A stretch of 64,000 bases of DNA. Origin: an uncultured delta proteobacterium (lineage in GTDB: Bacteria; Myxococcota_A; UBA9160; UBA4427). The stretch is taken from contig CAWGJT010000010.1 in the NCBI GenBank assembly GCA_963822965.1, positions 832,001-896,000 of the forward strand. Direction: 5' to 3'. Under the pieces are notes generated by a model. It was not told the origin of the DNA. It worked only from the letters and a program-made list of their open reading frames with translations, and did no database searches. Made by a program: the position numbers and the translations under genes. Shown here piece by piece: positions 48,431-57,840 of this stretch; within the stretch, counting starts at the first letter, position 1, and every line of letters begins with the position of its first letter.

Positions 48431-48616
48431 CGAGCCCTCGCGGGGCCACGGAGGCGGCCAGCGGGCCCTCGCGACGGGCGCGGAACCGCCGCTCCGCGGG
48501 CCGGGTTCGTAAGGAGACGGGGCCCTTCCGCGCGGCGCCGGAGGGACGCTTCGCCCCAGACCGCGGGCGCATGTCCCAGCGAGGCGCGGCGAGGAGCCTC
48601 CAGCTTCGGCTTCGCG

Positions 48617-48632
48617 TGGCACGGAAGCTGCT
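48617..48632 (+). promoter_or_regulatory. Putative sigma54 (-24/-12) promoter
   Basis: TGGCACGGAAGCTGCT versus consensus TGGCACGNNNNTTGCW; GG-N10-GC spacing; 37 nt before nifJ ATG. Confidence 0.65.
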
Positions 48633-48669
48633 ACGCACCCCTTGGAGCCGTGGCGGGGAGGGGCATTCG

Positions 48670-51600
48670 ATGAATCCGAGAGGTCGCACCTGCATCGACG
48701 GCAACGAGGCGGCGGCGCGGGTCGCGCATCGGCTCTCCGAAGTGGTCGCGATCTACCCCATCACACCGGCGTCGCCCATGGGCGAGTACGCCGACGCCTG
48801 GAGCGCCCGCGGCGAGACCAACCTGTGGGGGCAGGTCCCCACCGTCATCGAGATGCAGAGCGAGGCCGGCGCGGCGGGCGCGCTGCACGGCGCGGTCCAG
48901 CGGGGTGCGCTCGCCACCACCTTCACCGCCTCTCAGGGCCTGCTCCTGATGATCCCGAACTTGTACAAGATCGCCGGTGAGCTCACGCCCTGCGTGCTGC
49001 ACGTGGCGGCGCGGACGGTGGCGACGCATGCCCTCTCGATCTTCGGCGACCACAGCGACGTGATGGCGGTGCGTCAGACGGGCTTCGCGCTGCTGGCCAG
49101 CGGCTCGGTCCAGGAGGCGCACGACCTGGCGCTGGTGGCGCACGCCGCTTCGCTGCGCTCCCGCGTTCCGTTCCTCCACTTCTTCGACGGCTTCCGCACG
49201 TCCCACGAGATGAACACCATCGAGCTGCTCGAGGACGACGACCTGCGCGCGCTCGTTCGCGAGCAGGACGTCGCGGCCCATCGCGCACGCCGGCTCACCC
49301 CCGACGCACCGGTGCTGCGCGGCTCGGCGCAGAACCCGGACGTCTTCTTCCAGGCGCGCGAGGCCTGCGAGCCGTTCTACGCGGACGTGCCGGCGGCGGT
49401 CGCCGAGATCTTCGAGACCTTGGCCGCCCGCACGGGGCGGCACTACGGGCTGGTGGACTACGTGGGCGAGCCCGACCCGGAGCACGTGCTCGTCCTCATG
49501 GGGTCGGGGGCCGGCGCGGCGAGCCAGGCGGTAGAGTCGCTGCGGCAGAGCGGTCGCCGGGTGGGCCTGCTGGTGATTCGGCTCTACCGGCCCTTCCCGC
49601 GCGAGGCCCTGCTGCGTGCGCTGCCCGACTCGGTGCGCGCGGTGGCGGTGCTCGACCGCACCAAGGAGCCTGGAGCCGCCGGCGAGCCCCTCTACCTGGA
49701 CGTCGTGGCCGCGCTGGCCGAGCGGGCCATGGAACGCGGCGAGGCCATGCCGCGGGTGGCCGGCGGCCGGTACGGCCTCGGGGGCAAGGAGTTCACCCCG
49801 GCCCATGCAAAGGCCGTATTCGATGCTCTCGCCGGCGACGGCCCGCCCCGGAGCTTTACCGTCGGCATCGTGGACGACGTCAGCCGTTCGAGCCTCCCGG
49901 TGGACGCGGCCTTTCGCGTGCCCCATGCGGGCGTGTCGGCCCTCTTCTTCGGGCTCGGGAGCGACGGGACGGTGGGCGCCACGAAGAGCTCGGCCAGGAT
50001 CCTCGCCGAGCAGGCCGGGCTCCACGCCCAGGGCTACTTCGTCTACGACTCGAAGAAGTCGGGAGCGGTGACCGTCTCGCACCTGCGCTTCGGCGAGGCT
50101 CCCATTCGGGCCACGTACCAGATCGACGAGGCGGACTTCGTCGCCTGTCACCAACCGGGCTTCCTCGAGCGCATGCCCATCGCCGAGCGTTGCCGGAGCG
50201 GCGGCACGTTGCTGCTCAATACCCCGCACGCCGCCGCGGCGGTGTGGGACGTGCTGCCCCGAGAGGCCCAGGAGGCGATCCTCGCTCGCGGTCTGTCGCT
50301 CTACGTGATCGACGCCGATCGGGTGGCCGACGAGGTGGGCATGGGCCGTCAGATCAACACGGTGATGCAGCCGTGCTTCTTCGCGCTCGCGGGCGTGCTC
50401 CCGCGAGAGCAGGCTCTCGACGCCATCCGGGCCGAGATCCGGCGGGCCTACCGCAAGCGGGGACCCGCGGTGGTTCGCCGCAACCTGGCCGCGGTGGACC
50501 GGGCGCTCGAGGCGCTGCAGCCCGTGGCGATCCCCGCCGCCGCGAGCGCCGGCTCGGGACGTCGCCCGCCCGTGCCCGCGGGCTCGCCGGACTTCGTCGA
50601 GCGGGTGACGGCGCGGCTGCTGGCCGGGGAGGGCGATCTGCTCCCGGTCTCGGCGCTGCCCGTCGACGGCACCTTCCCGACCGGAACCGCGCGCTTCGAG
50701 AAGCGGGCCATCGCCCGGGAGATCCCCATCTGGAAGCCCGAGCTCTGCATCGACTGCGGGAAGTGCGCCATGGTGTGCCCGCACGCCGCCATCCGGATGA
50801 AGGTCTTTCCCGAGGCGTCCCTGGCCGAGGCCCCCGCGGACTTCCCCGCGAAGCCCTTCCGCTCCCGCGAGCTCCCGGACCACCTCATGACGATCCAGGT
50901 CGCACCCGACGACTGCACGGGCTGTGGCGTCTGCGTCGACGTGTGTCCGGCGCACAGCAAGGAGCAGGTGCGCATCAAGTCGATCAACATGGAGCCCGTC
51001 GAAGCGCACCGGGATCGGGAGCGCGAACGCTTCGACTTCTTCCTGAGCGTTCCCGAGCTCGACCGGCGTCTGCTGGCACCCGGCACCGTGAAGGGCGTGC
51101 AGACGCGCGAGCCCCTCTTCGAGTTCTCCGGGGCCTGTGCGGGCTGCGGAGAGACCCCCTACCTGAAGCTCCTCACCCAGCTCTTCGGCGACCGCATGGT
51201 CGTCGCGAACGCTACCGGCTGCTCGTCGATCTTCGGCGGCAACCTGCCCACGACGCCCTGGAGCCGCAATCCGGAAGGGCGGGGTCCCGCCTGGGCGAAC
51301 TCGCTCTTCGAGGACGACGCCGAGTTCGGGCTCGGCATGTGGCTGGCTCAGGAGCGCCTGGAGGCCGAGGCGCGCGCGCTGCTGGAGCAGCTCGCGCCGC
51401 GGCTGGGCGAGGAGGAGCTGGCGCGCGCGATCCTGGCCTCCGACCAGACGGGGGAGGTCGAGATCGCCGCCCAGCGCGAGCGCGTGGCGCGCCTGCGCGA
51501 ACGGCTCGCCGGCGCGGCAGGCGACCTCGACGGAGACGCGGCCGCCCGCCTCGCCCAGCTGGCCGACGAGCTGGTGCGCAAGTGCGTGTGGATCGTCGGC

Positions 51601-52290
51601 GGCGACGGCTGGGCCTACGACATCGGCTCGGCGGGCCTCGACCACGTGCTCGCCTCGGGCCGCAACGTGAACGTGCTCGTCCTCGACACCCAGGTCTACT
51701 CGAACACCGGCGGCCAGGCGTCGAAGGCGACGCCCCGGGGTGCGGTGGCCAAGTTCGCTTCCGGGGGCAAGGACGTCCCGCGCAAGGACCTGGGCATGGT
51801 CGCCAGCGCCTACGGGAACGTGTACGTCGCCCAGGTGGCGATCGGGGCGGACGACCAGCAGACCCTGCGCGCGCTGCTCGAGGCGGAGGCCTGGCCGGGC
51901 CCGTCGCTCGTCATCGCCTACAGCACCTGCATCGCCCACGGCATCGACATGGCGCGCTCCATGTCCCACCAGAAGGACGCCGCGAAGAGCGGCTTCTGGC
52001 CGCTGTACCGCTTCCACCCGGGCACCGAGGCCCACATGCACCCGCTGCACCTCGACTCGCGGCGACCCCGGATGCCCCTGGCCGAGTTCCTCCACTCGGA
52101 GGCGCGCTTCGCGATGCTGGAGCGCAGCGATCCGGAGCGGGCGCGGCACCTGACGGCGCTCGCCACCGCGGACGCCGACGAGCGCTGGCGGTTCTACGAG
52201 CAGCTGCAGAACGTGGAGCGCACGGTGCCACACGAAGTTCGCGGAGAGCCCGAGCCCGCGGCGGCCGGGGAAGGGGAGGGCGACCGATGA
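48670..52290 (+). CDS. nifJ: Pyruvate:ferredoxin (flavodoxin) oxidoreductase
   Basis: YPITP, EMQSEAGAAG, two CxxCxxCxxxCP, FSGACAGCGE, GGDGWAYDIG. Confidence 0.97.
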   Translation: MNPRGRTCIDGNEAAARVAHRLSEVVAIYPITPASPMGEYADAWSARGETNLWGQVPTVIEMQSEAGAAGALHGAVQRGALATTFTASQGLLLMIPNLYKIAGELTPCVLHVAARTVATHALSIFGDHSDVMAVRQTGFALLASGSVQEAHDLALVAHAASLRSRVPFLHFFDGFRTSHEMNTIELLEDDDLRALVREQDVAAHRARRLTPDAPVLRGSAQNPDVFFQAREACEPFYADVPAAVAEIFETLAARTGRHYGLVDYVGEPDPEHVLVLMGSGAGAASQAVESLRQSGRRVGLLVIRLYRPFPREALLRALPDSVRAVAVLDRTKEPGAAGEPLYLDVVAALAERAMERGEAMPRVAGGRYGLGGKEFTPAHAKAVFDALAGDGPPRSFTVGIVDDVSRSSLPVDAAFRVPHAGVSALFFGLGSDGTVGATKSSARILAEQAGLHAQGYFVYDSKKSGAVTVSHLRFGEAPIRATYQIDEADFVACHQPGFLERMPIAERCRSGGTLLLNTPHAAAAVWDVLPREAQEAILARGLSLYVIDADRVADEVGMGRQINTVMQPCFFALAGVLPREQALDAIRAEIRRAYRKRGPAVVRRNLAAVDRALEALQPVAIPAAASAGSGRRPPVPAGSPDFVERVTARLLAGEGDLLPVSALPVDGTFPTGTARFEKRAIAREIPIWKPELCIDCGKCAMVCPHAAIRMKVFPEASLAEAPADFPAKPFRSRELPDHLMTIQVAPDDCTGCGVCVDVCPAHSKEQVRIKSINMEPVEAHRDRERERFDFFLSVPELDRRLLAPGTVKGVQTREPLFEFSGACAGCGETPYLKLLTQLFGDRMVVANATGCSSIFGGNLPTTPWSRNPEGRGPAWANSLFEDDAEFGLGMWLAQERLEAEARALLEQLAPRLGEEELARAILASDQTGEVEIAAQRERVARLRERLAGAAGDLDGDAAARLAQLADELVRKCVWIVGGDGWAYDIGSAGLDHVLASGRNVNVLVLDTQVYSNTGGQASKATPRGAVAKFASGGKDVPRKDLGMVASAYGNVYVAQVAIGADDQQTLRALLEAEAWPGPSLVIAYSTCIAHGIDMARSMSHQKDAAKSGFWPLYRFHPGTEAHMHPLHLDSRRPRMPLAEFLHSEARFAMLERSDPERARHLTALATADADERWRFYEQLQNVERTVPHEVRGEPEPAAAGEGEGDR

Positions 52291-53285
52291 GCGGACCGGA
52301 CCTCGGCACGGACTACCTCGGTCTCGCGCTCCGCTGTCCCCTCGTGGCCTCGTCGTCGCCGCTCACCGGCAATCTCGACGACCTCCGCCGGCTCGAGGAC
52401 GCGGGCGTCGGCGCGGTGGTGCTGCCCTCGCTGTTCGAGGAGGAGCTCGAGGCGGAGTCGCTGTCCGTCCACCGCTGGCTCGAGACCGGCGCCGAGGCCC
52501 ACTACGAGGCCGCCAGCTACCAGCCGGAGCTGGAGGACTACGACCTGGGCTCGGATTCGCACCTGGCGCTGGTCGCGCGGGCCAAGGAGGCCCTTGCGAT
52601 CCCGGTAATCGCGAGCCTCAACGGCACCACTCCCGGCGGCTGGATCGAGAACGCCAGGAGCCTGGAGGATGCCGGCGCCGACGGCATCGAGCTGAACCTC
52701 TACCGCGTGGCGGCGGATCCGACGCTCGACTCCGCCGCCATCGAGGCGCGCGACGCCGAGCTCGTGCGACTCGTCCGCGCCGAGGTGCGGATTCCGCTCG
52801 CGGTGAAGCTGTCTCCCTTCTTCACGGCCCTCGCCCACACCGCCCGCGAGCTCGTGCGGCAGGGCGCCGACGGCCTCGTCCTCTTCAACCGCTTCTACCA
52901 GCCGGATCTCGACCTCGAGAGCCTCGCCGTGACGCCGCGCCTCACCCTGAGCTCGAGCGAGGAGCTGCGCCTGCCCCTGCGCTGGATCGGGCTCCTCCAC
53001 GGCCGGGTCCGAGCCTCGCTGGCGGCCACCACCGGCGTGCACCGGGCCGAGGATGCCCTGAAGGTGCTGCTCGCCGGTGCCGACGTCGCCATGATGGCGT
53101 CGGCGCTGCTGCAGAACGGTCCCGGTCATGCCGCGGGCGTGCTGCGGGACGTGCACGCCTGGCTCGAGGAGCACGAGTACGACTCCGTGCGCCAGCTGAA
53201 GGGCAGCGTGAGCCAGTCCGGCGCCGAAGACCCCGAGGCCTTCGAGCGCGCCAACTACCTCAAGACGCTGCACAGCTACGCGTGA
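52287..53285 (+). CDS. Dihydroorotate dehydrogenase-like protein (nifJ-associated)
   Basis: YLGLALRCPLVASSSP, LPSLFEE, VKLSPFF, FNRFYQPD, FERANY; ATGA overlap. Confidence 0.9.
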   Translation: MSGPDLGTDYLGLALRCPLVASSSPLTGNLDDLRRLEDAGVGAVVLPSLFEEELEAESLSVHRWLETGAEAHYEAASYQPELEDYDLGSDSHLALVARAKEALAIPVIASLNGTTPGGWIENARSLEDAGADGIELNLYRVAADPTLDSAAIEARDAELVRLVRAEVRIPLAVKLSPFFTALAHTARELVRQGADGLVLFNRFYQPDLDLESLAVTPRLTLSSSEELRLPLRWIGLLHGRVRASLAATTGVHRAEDALKVLLAGADVAMMASALLQNGPGHAAGVLRDVHAWLEEHEYDSVRQLKGSVSQSGAEDPEAFERANYLKTLHSYA

Positions 53286-53319
53286 TGGGTTCGACGGGCG
53301 CGGAGTGCTGGAGGGCGAG

Positions 53320-54501
53320 ATGAGGGCGGTCGTATGTCAGCACGCTGAGCTCCGGGTGGAGGAGATTCCCGAGCCGGTCCCCGGCCCGGGCCAGGTGCTG
53401 GTCGAGGTGGTGCGGTGCGGCATCTGCGGCTCGGATCTGCACGTCCGCCACAACTGCGACCACATGAAGCAGCTGCTCGGGCGCGTTGGCTACGCGGAGA
53501 GCTTCCCCAGCGAAGCGGATCCGCTGGTTCTCGGCCACGAGCTCTGCTGCGAGGTGCTCGACTACGGCCCCGGCTGCAACCGGCGCATCGCGCCCGGAAG
53601 GCCGGTCGTCGCGCAGCCCCTGCTGCGCCAGGGCAGCGGCGTCGAGCTGGTGGGCCTGTCGAAGACGGCGACCGGCGGCTACGCCGAGCGCATGTTGCTG
53701 CAGGAGTCGACCCTGGTTCCGGTACCCAACGGTCTCTCCCCCGAGATGGCGGCTCTGACGGAGCCGATGTCCGTGGGCTGGCACGCGGTGCGCCGCAGCG
53801 AGGCGGGCCGGAAGGACGTGGCCATCGTGATCGGCTGTGGTCCGGTGGGGCTCGCGGTGATCTGCCTGCTCAAGGCCAGGAGGGTGAGGGCCATCATCGC
53901 CAGCGATCTCTCCCCAGGCCGGCGTGCCCTGGCGCAGCGTTGCGGTGCCGACGTGGTGATCGACCCGGCGGAGAGCTCCCCCTATGGCGTTGGCGAGGAG
54001 CACGGCTTCGTGCGGGACCTGCCGGCCCTGCTCGGCCAGGCGCTGGAGACCCGGGAGACCCTCGGCAAGCTCCCGGTGCCCTGGTGGCACGTCTGGCGCC
54101 TGGGCGAGTGGCTCGGCGCCAACCCGGCGCGGCCCATCATCTTCGAGTGCGTCGGCCTGCCCGGGCTGATCCAGCAGATCGTCGACGGCGCGCCGCTGAT
54201 GTCGCGCGTCGTGGTGGTGGGGGTGTGCATGCAGATGGATCGCTTCGAGCCCGCCCTGGCCATCCAGAAGGAGATCGACCTGCGCTTCGTGCTCGGGCAG
54301 ACGCCGCTCGAGTACCGCGACGTCGTGCACATGATCGCCGACGGCAAGGTCGATTGCGCGCCGATGCTCACCGGGATCGTCGGGCTCGACGGAGTGGCGA
54401 ACGCCTTCGATGCGCTGCAGGACCCGGAGACGCACGCCAAGATCCTGATCGATCCCCGGAGTGCCGCGACCACACCCGAGAGCCCGAACGCCGTCGCGTG
54501 A
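53320..54501 (+). CDS. Zinc-binding alcohol dehydrogenase (MDR family)
   Basis: CGICGSDLH, GHE, GCGPVG. Confidence 0.9.
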   Translation: MRAVVCQHAELRVEEIPEPVPGPGQVLVEVVRCGICGSDLHVRHNCDHMKQLLGRVGYAESFPSEADPLVLGHELCCEVLDYGPGCNRRIAPGRPVVAQPLLRQGSGVELVGLSKTATGGYAERMLLQESTLVPVPNGLSPEMAALTEPMSVGWHAVRRSEAGRKDVAIVIGCGPVGLAVICLLKARRVRAIIASDLSPGRRALAQRCGADVVIDPAESSPYGVGEEHGFVRDLPALLGQALETRETLGKLPVPWWHVWRLGEWLGANPARPIIFECVGLPGLIQQIVDGAPLMSRVVVVGVCMQMDRFEPALAIQKEIDLRFVLGQTPLEYRDVVHMIADGKVDCAPMLTGIVGLDGVANAFDALQDPETHAKILIDPRSAATTPESPNAVA

Positions 54502-54555
54502 GCGCCCGGCGCGAGCCGGGTACGGATTCATCCCTGCGAACAGGAGATCGTCCCC

Positions 54556-56262
54556 ATGACCCAGATCACCGGTGGAGAGCTGCTGGCCCGCTGTCTGGCG
54601 GCCGAGAGCGTGCGCTTCGTGTTCGGGCTTCCCTGCCCGGAGGTCGACCCCCTGCTGGCGGCGCTCGAGAAGAACGACATCCGATTCGTGCCGGTCCGCC
54701 ACGAGGCCGCCGGCGCGCACATGGCCGAGGGCCTGTACAAGACCACCGGCGAGGTGGCGGCCGTGCTCGGCAATCCGGGCCCCGGCTCGGCCAACCTGCT
54801 GCCGGGGGTGATCACGGCCCGGCACGAAGGCGTTCCCGTCGTCGCGATCACCGCGCAGCACCGCCTCGGCATCGTCTACCCCTCGCCGCCTTCGACCTTC
54901 CAGGGGCAGGACCAGCTCGAGGCCTTCGGAGCCAGCGTGAAGTGGGGCGCTCCGATCTTCTCGTTCGCCCGCATTCCCGAGGTCACCCGCATGGCCTTCC
55001 GCGAGATGTGGTCCGGACGACCCGGACCGGTGCAGCTCGAGGTGCCGGCGCCGGTGATGTACGAGACCGGGGACGAGGACAGCGCGCGCGTGCTGCCGCC
55101 TTCGCGCTACCGCACCGGGGCGCTGCCGGCCTCCGAAGCGCAGCTCGAGCAGGTGGCCGATCTGCTCGCGGGTGCGGCCCGTCCCGCCATCGTGGCCGGC
55201 GGGGGCGTCGACCGAGCCGGTGCCAACGCCGCCCTGCTGCGGCTCGCCGAGCTCGTCGGCTGCCCGCTGGTGCCGACCATGGCGGGCCGCGCGGTCGTGC
55301 CGCGGGATCACTCCCACTACGTCTACGGTTCCGGCGCCGGAGGCGACCTGGTGCGGCGGGAAGCCGACGTCGTGCTCGTCGTCGGCTCCCGGCTCGGCAA
55401 TCTCGACCTGCCGTACGACAAGTACTGGGGCGACCCGGATCGCCAGAAGATCGTGCAGATCGACGTCGATCCACGTCACATCGGTGTGACGCGGCCCATC
55501 GAGCTCGCTGTCGTTGCAGACGCGCGCAGCGCTCTGGAAGGCCTGGTGCGCGTGCTCGAGAAGCGCGGAATCCGGGCGCGGCCGCCCCAGGAGCTCGCGC
55601 GCTACCGGGAGGCCGACCGGGCCTGGTGGGCCGAGCAGTTCGAAGGGGTCGAGGGCTGGTCGGGCCGGGGCATGCATCCCGCCCAGGCCATGCAGGCCGT
55701 CGGGCGGGTGTTCGGATCGGACGCCATCTACACGGTGGACGGCGGCAACACCTCGCTGTGGGGGCACTGGTTCCTGCCGTCCACGCGGCCTCGCTCCTAC
55801 CACAACATCCTCGAGCTGGGCATGCTCGGCACCGGCATTCCGTCGGCGATCGGCGCCAAGCTGGGAGCGCCGGAGAGAAGCGTCGTCTGCGTGACCGGCG
55901 ACGGCGCCGCCGGATTCAACATGATGGAGATGCAGTCGGCGGCCCGCGAGGGGCTCGCCGTGACGACGGTGGTCTTCGCCGAGGGCTCGTGGACCATGGA
56001 GGAGCCGAACGAGCGCATGCACTACGGCCGCACCTTCGGAACCGCCATGGGCGAGGTGCGCTGGGACCGCGTGGGCGAAGGCCTCGGCTGCCGTGGATTC
56101 TACGTCGAGCGGATCGAGGACCTCGAGCCCGCTCTGGTGCGCGCACGGGACGGCGAGGGCCCGGCGGTGGTGTGCCTGCGCACGGACCGGGACGCGAATC
56201 TCGCGACGCCTCCGGACCCGCTGCTGCGCTTCGTCGAGGTCTACCAGGGACCCGTCGGCTGA
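54556..56262 (+). CDS. Thiamine pyrophosphate-binding enzyme (acetolactate synthase-like superfamily)
   Basis: RHEAAGAHMAEG, GPGSAN, GDGAAGF. Confidence 0.9.
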   Translation: MTQITGGELLARCLAAESVRFVFGLPCPEVDPLLAALEKNDIRFVPVRHEAAGAHMAEGLYKTTGEVAAVLGNPGPGSANLLPGVITARHEGVPVVAITAQHRLGIVYPSPPSTFQGQDQLEAFGASVKWGAPIFSFARIPEVTRMAFREMWSGRPGPVQLEVPAPVMYETGDEDSARVLPPSRYRTGALPASEAQLEQVADLLAGAARPAIVAGGGVDRAGANAALLRLAELVGCPLVPTMAGRAVVPRDHSHYVYGSGAGGDLVRREADVVLVVGSRLGNLDLPYDKYWGDPDRQKIVQIDVDPRHIGVTRPIELAVVADARSALEGLVRVLEKRGIRARPPQELARYREADRAWWAEQFEGVEGWSGRGMHPAQAMQAVGRVFGSDAIYTVDGGNTSLWGHWFLPSTRPRSYHNILELGMLGTGIPSAIGAKLGAPERSVVCVTGDGAAGFNMMEMQSAAREGLAVTTVVFAEGSWTMEEPNERMHYGRTFGTAMGEVRWDRVGEGLGCRGFYVERIEDLEPALVRARDGEGPAVVCLRTDRDANLATPPDPLLRFVEVYQGPVG

Positions 56263-56303
56263 CCCCCGCGCGCCGGAGGCGCCACGTGTGCAACACTCGG
56301 CGA

Positions 56304-57782
56304 ATGCCGTGCCGGGTCTCGTGTGCGCCTCGCGTCGTCGCCGTCGCGATCGGAGCCCTGGTTCTCGCGGGCTGTGGCAGCGAGGACGCGCCGTCCGCCG
56401 TCGACGGCGACGCGGGAATCGAGGAGTTCGCCGGCCCCGATCTCGAGCCGTTCAGCGGCGATCTGGACGCCATGCGCGAGCGGCGCGTGATCCGGGCCCT
56501 GGTGACGCCCAGCCGGACCGACTTCTTCGTCGACAGCGGCCGCATTCGCGGCATGCAGGCCGAGCTGCTGCAGCAGTTCGTCAAGCGCCTGAACGACCGG
56601 ACCCACGACGAGACGAAGAAGATCCGCCTCCGCTACGTGCCGGTCGCCTTCGACGAGCTGATTCCGGCCCTGCGCGAGGGCCGGGGGGACATCGCCGCCG
56701 CCTTCCTGACGGTGACCGAGGACCGTACCGCGGACGTGGCCTTCGCTGCGCCCTTCCGGCGGAACGTGGCGGAGGTGGTGGTCACCCATCGCGGCGTCGG
56801 GGCGCCGGCGAACCTGGAGGATCTGGCGGGGCGCCGCGTCTACGTGCTCCGGGGCAGCAGCTACGCCGAGCACCTGCGGGCGCTCGACGCCCGGCTCCGA
56901 GCCGAGGGGCGCGAGCCCCTGGAGATCGAGGAGGCCGATCCGCACCTGCGCAGCGAGGACATCCTGGAGTTCGTGCAGGCCGGCGTCGTCGAAGCGACCG
57001 TGATCGACGACTACAAGGCCGATCTCTGGGCCCGCGTCCTGCCGGACGTCGTCGTCCACGAGAACGTGAAGCTCAGCGACGGAAACCGCGTGGCGTGGGC
57101 GGTCCGCTCCGGCTCTCCGCAGCTCGAGGCGGCGATCGACGGATTCGTCGGCGAGGCCCGGGAGGGCGCCCTGCTCGGGAACGTCCTGCTCGAACGCTAC
57201 TTCGGGAACGAGAAGTGGATTTCGAACCCGACGGCCCGGGCGGAACGCGACAAGCTGCGCCGCTACCTCGAGCTCTTCCGGAAGTACGGCGACCGCTTCG
57301 GCTTCGATCGGTTCGCGCTCGCCGCCCAGGCCTACCAGGAATCCGGCCTGGACCACGGCCGCCGGAGCGCCGCGGGAGCGGTCGGCCTGATGCAGATTCT
57401 GCCGAGCACCGCTGCGGATCCGAACGTGGGCATCTCGAACATCGACGATCCCGACGGCAACGTCCACGCGGGAGCGAAGTACCTGGCCTTCCTCCGTGAC
57501 CGCTACTTCGACGCGCCCGAGCTGAGCGAATGGGATCGCCGGGCCTTCACCTGGGCCGCGTACAACGCCGGCCCGCGCAAGATCCAGGAGGCGCGGGCGC
57601 TCGCCGCACGTCTGGGGCTCGACCGCGACGTCTGGTTCGGCAACGTGGAGGTGGCCGCGGCCCGTCTGGTCGGCCGCGAGCCCGTCCGCTACGTGGCGAA
57701 CATCTACCGCTACTTCGTCGCGTATCGCCTGTCCTGGGTTCGCGAGCAGCAGCGCCGCGAGGCGGTGCGAGAGACCGGCTAG
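56304..57782 (+). CDS. MltF-like lytic transglycosylase (substrate-binding domain + SLT domain), lipoprotein
   Basis: LAGC lipobox; AYQESG, GAVGLMQI, AAYNAG. Confidence 0.9.
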   Translation: MPCRVSCAPRVVAVAIGALVLAGCGSEDAPSAVDGDAGIEEFAGPDLEPFSGDLDAMRERRVIRALVTPSRTDFFVDSGRIRGMQAELLQQFVKRLNDRTHDETKKIRLRYVPVAFDELIPALREGRGDIAAAFLTVTEDRTADVAFAAPFRRNVAEVVVTHRGVGAPANLEDLAGRRVYVLRGSSYAEHLRALDARLRAEGREPLEIEEADPHLRSEDILEFVQAGVVEATVIDDYKADLWARVLPDVVVHENVKLSDGNRVAWAVRSGSPQLEAAIDGFVGEAREGALLGNVLLERYFGNEKWISNPTARAERDKLRRYLELFRKYGDRFGFDRFALAAQAYQESGLDHGRRSAAGAVGLMQILPSTAADPNVGISNIDDPDGNVHAGAKYLAFLRDRYFDAPELSEWDRRAFTWAAYNAGPRKIQEARALAARLGLDRDVWFGNVEVAAARLVGREPVRYVANIYRYFVAYRLSWVREQQRREAVRETG

Positions 57783-57840
57783 CCAAGGGAGCCCGTTGGG
57801 CTCCCGTTGCGTCGCCGTTGGTCCGTGCCGGGATCCGAGC

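Noticed and set aside
525..57782. Very long ORFs such as 525-3962(-), 23709-27299(+), 28276-32040(-), 44546-48622(-), 48631-52233(-) and the 5' part of 53415-57782(+)
   Set aside because: Arg/Ala/Gly/Pro-rich shadows of real genes, expected from stop-codon scarcity at high GC; no family motifs
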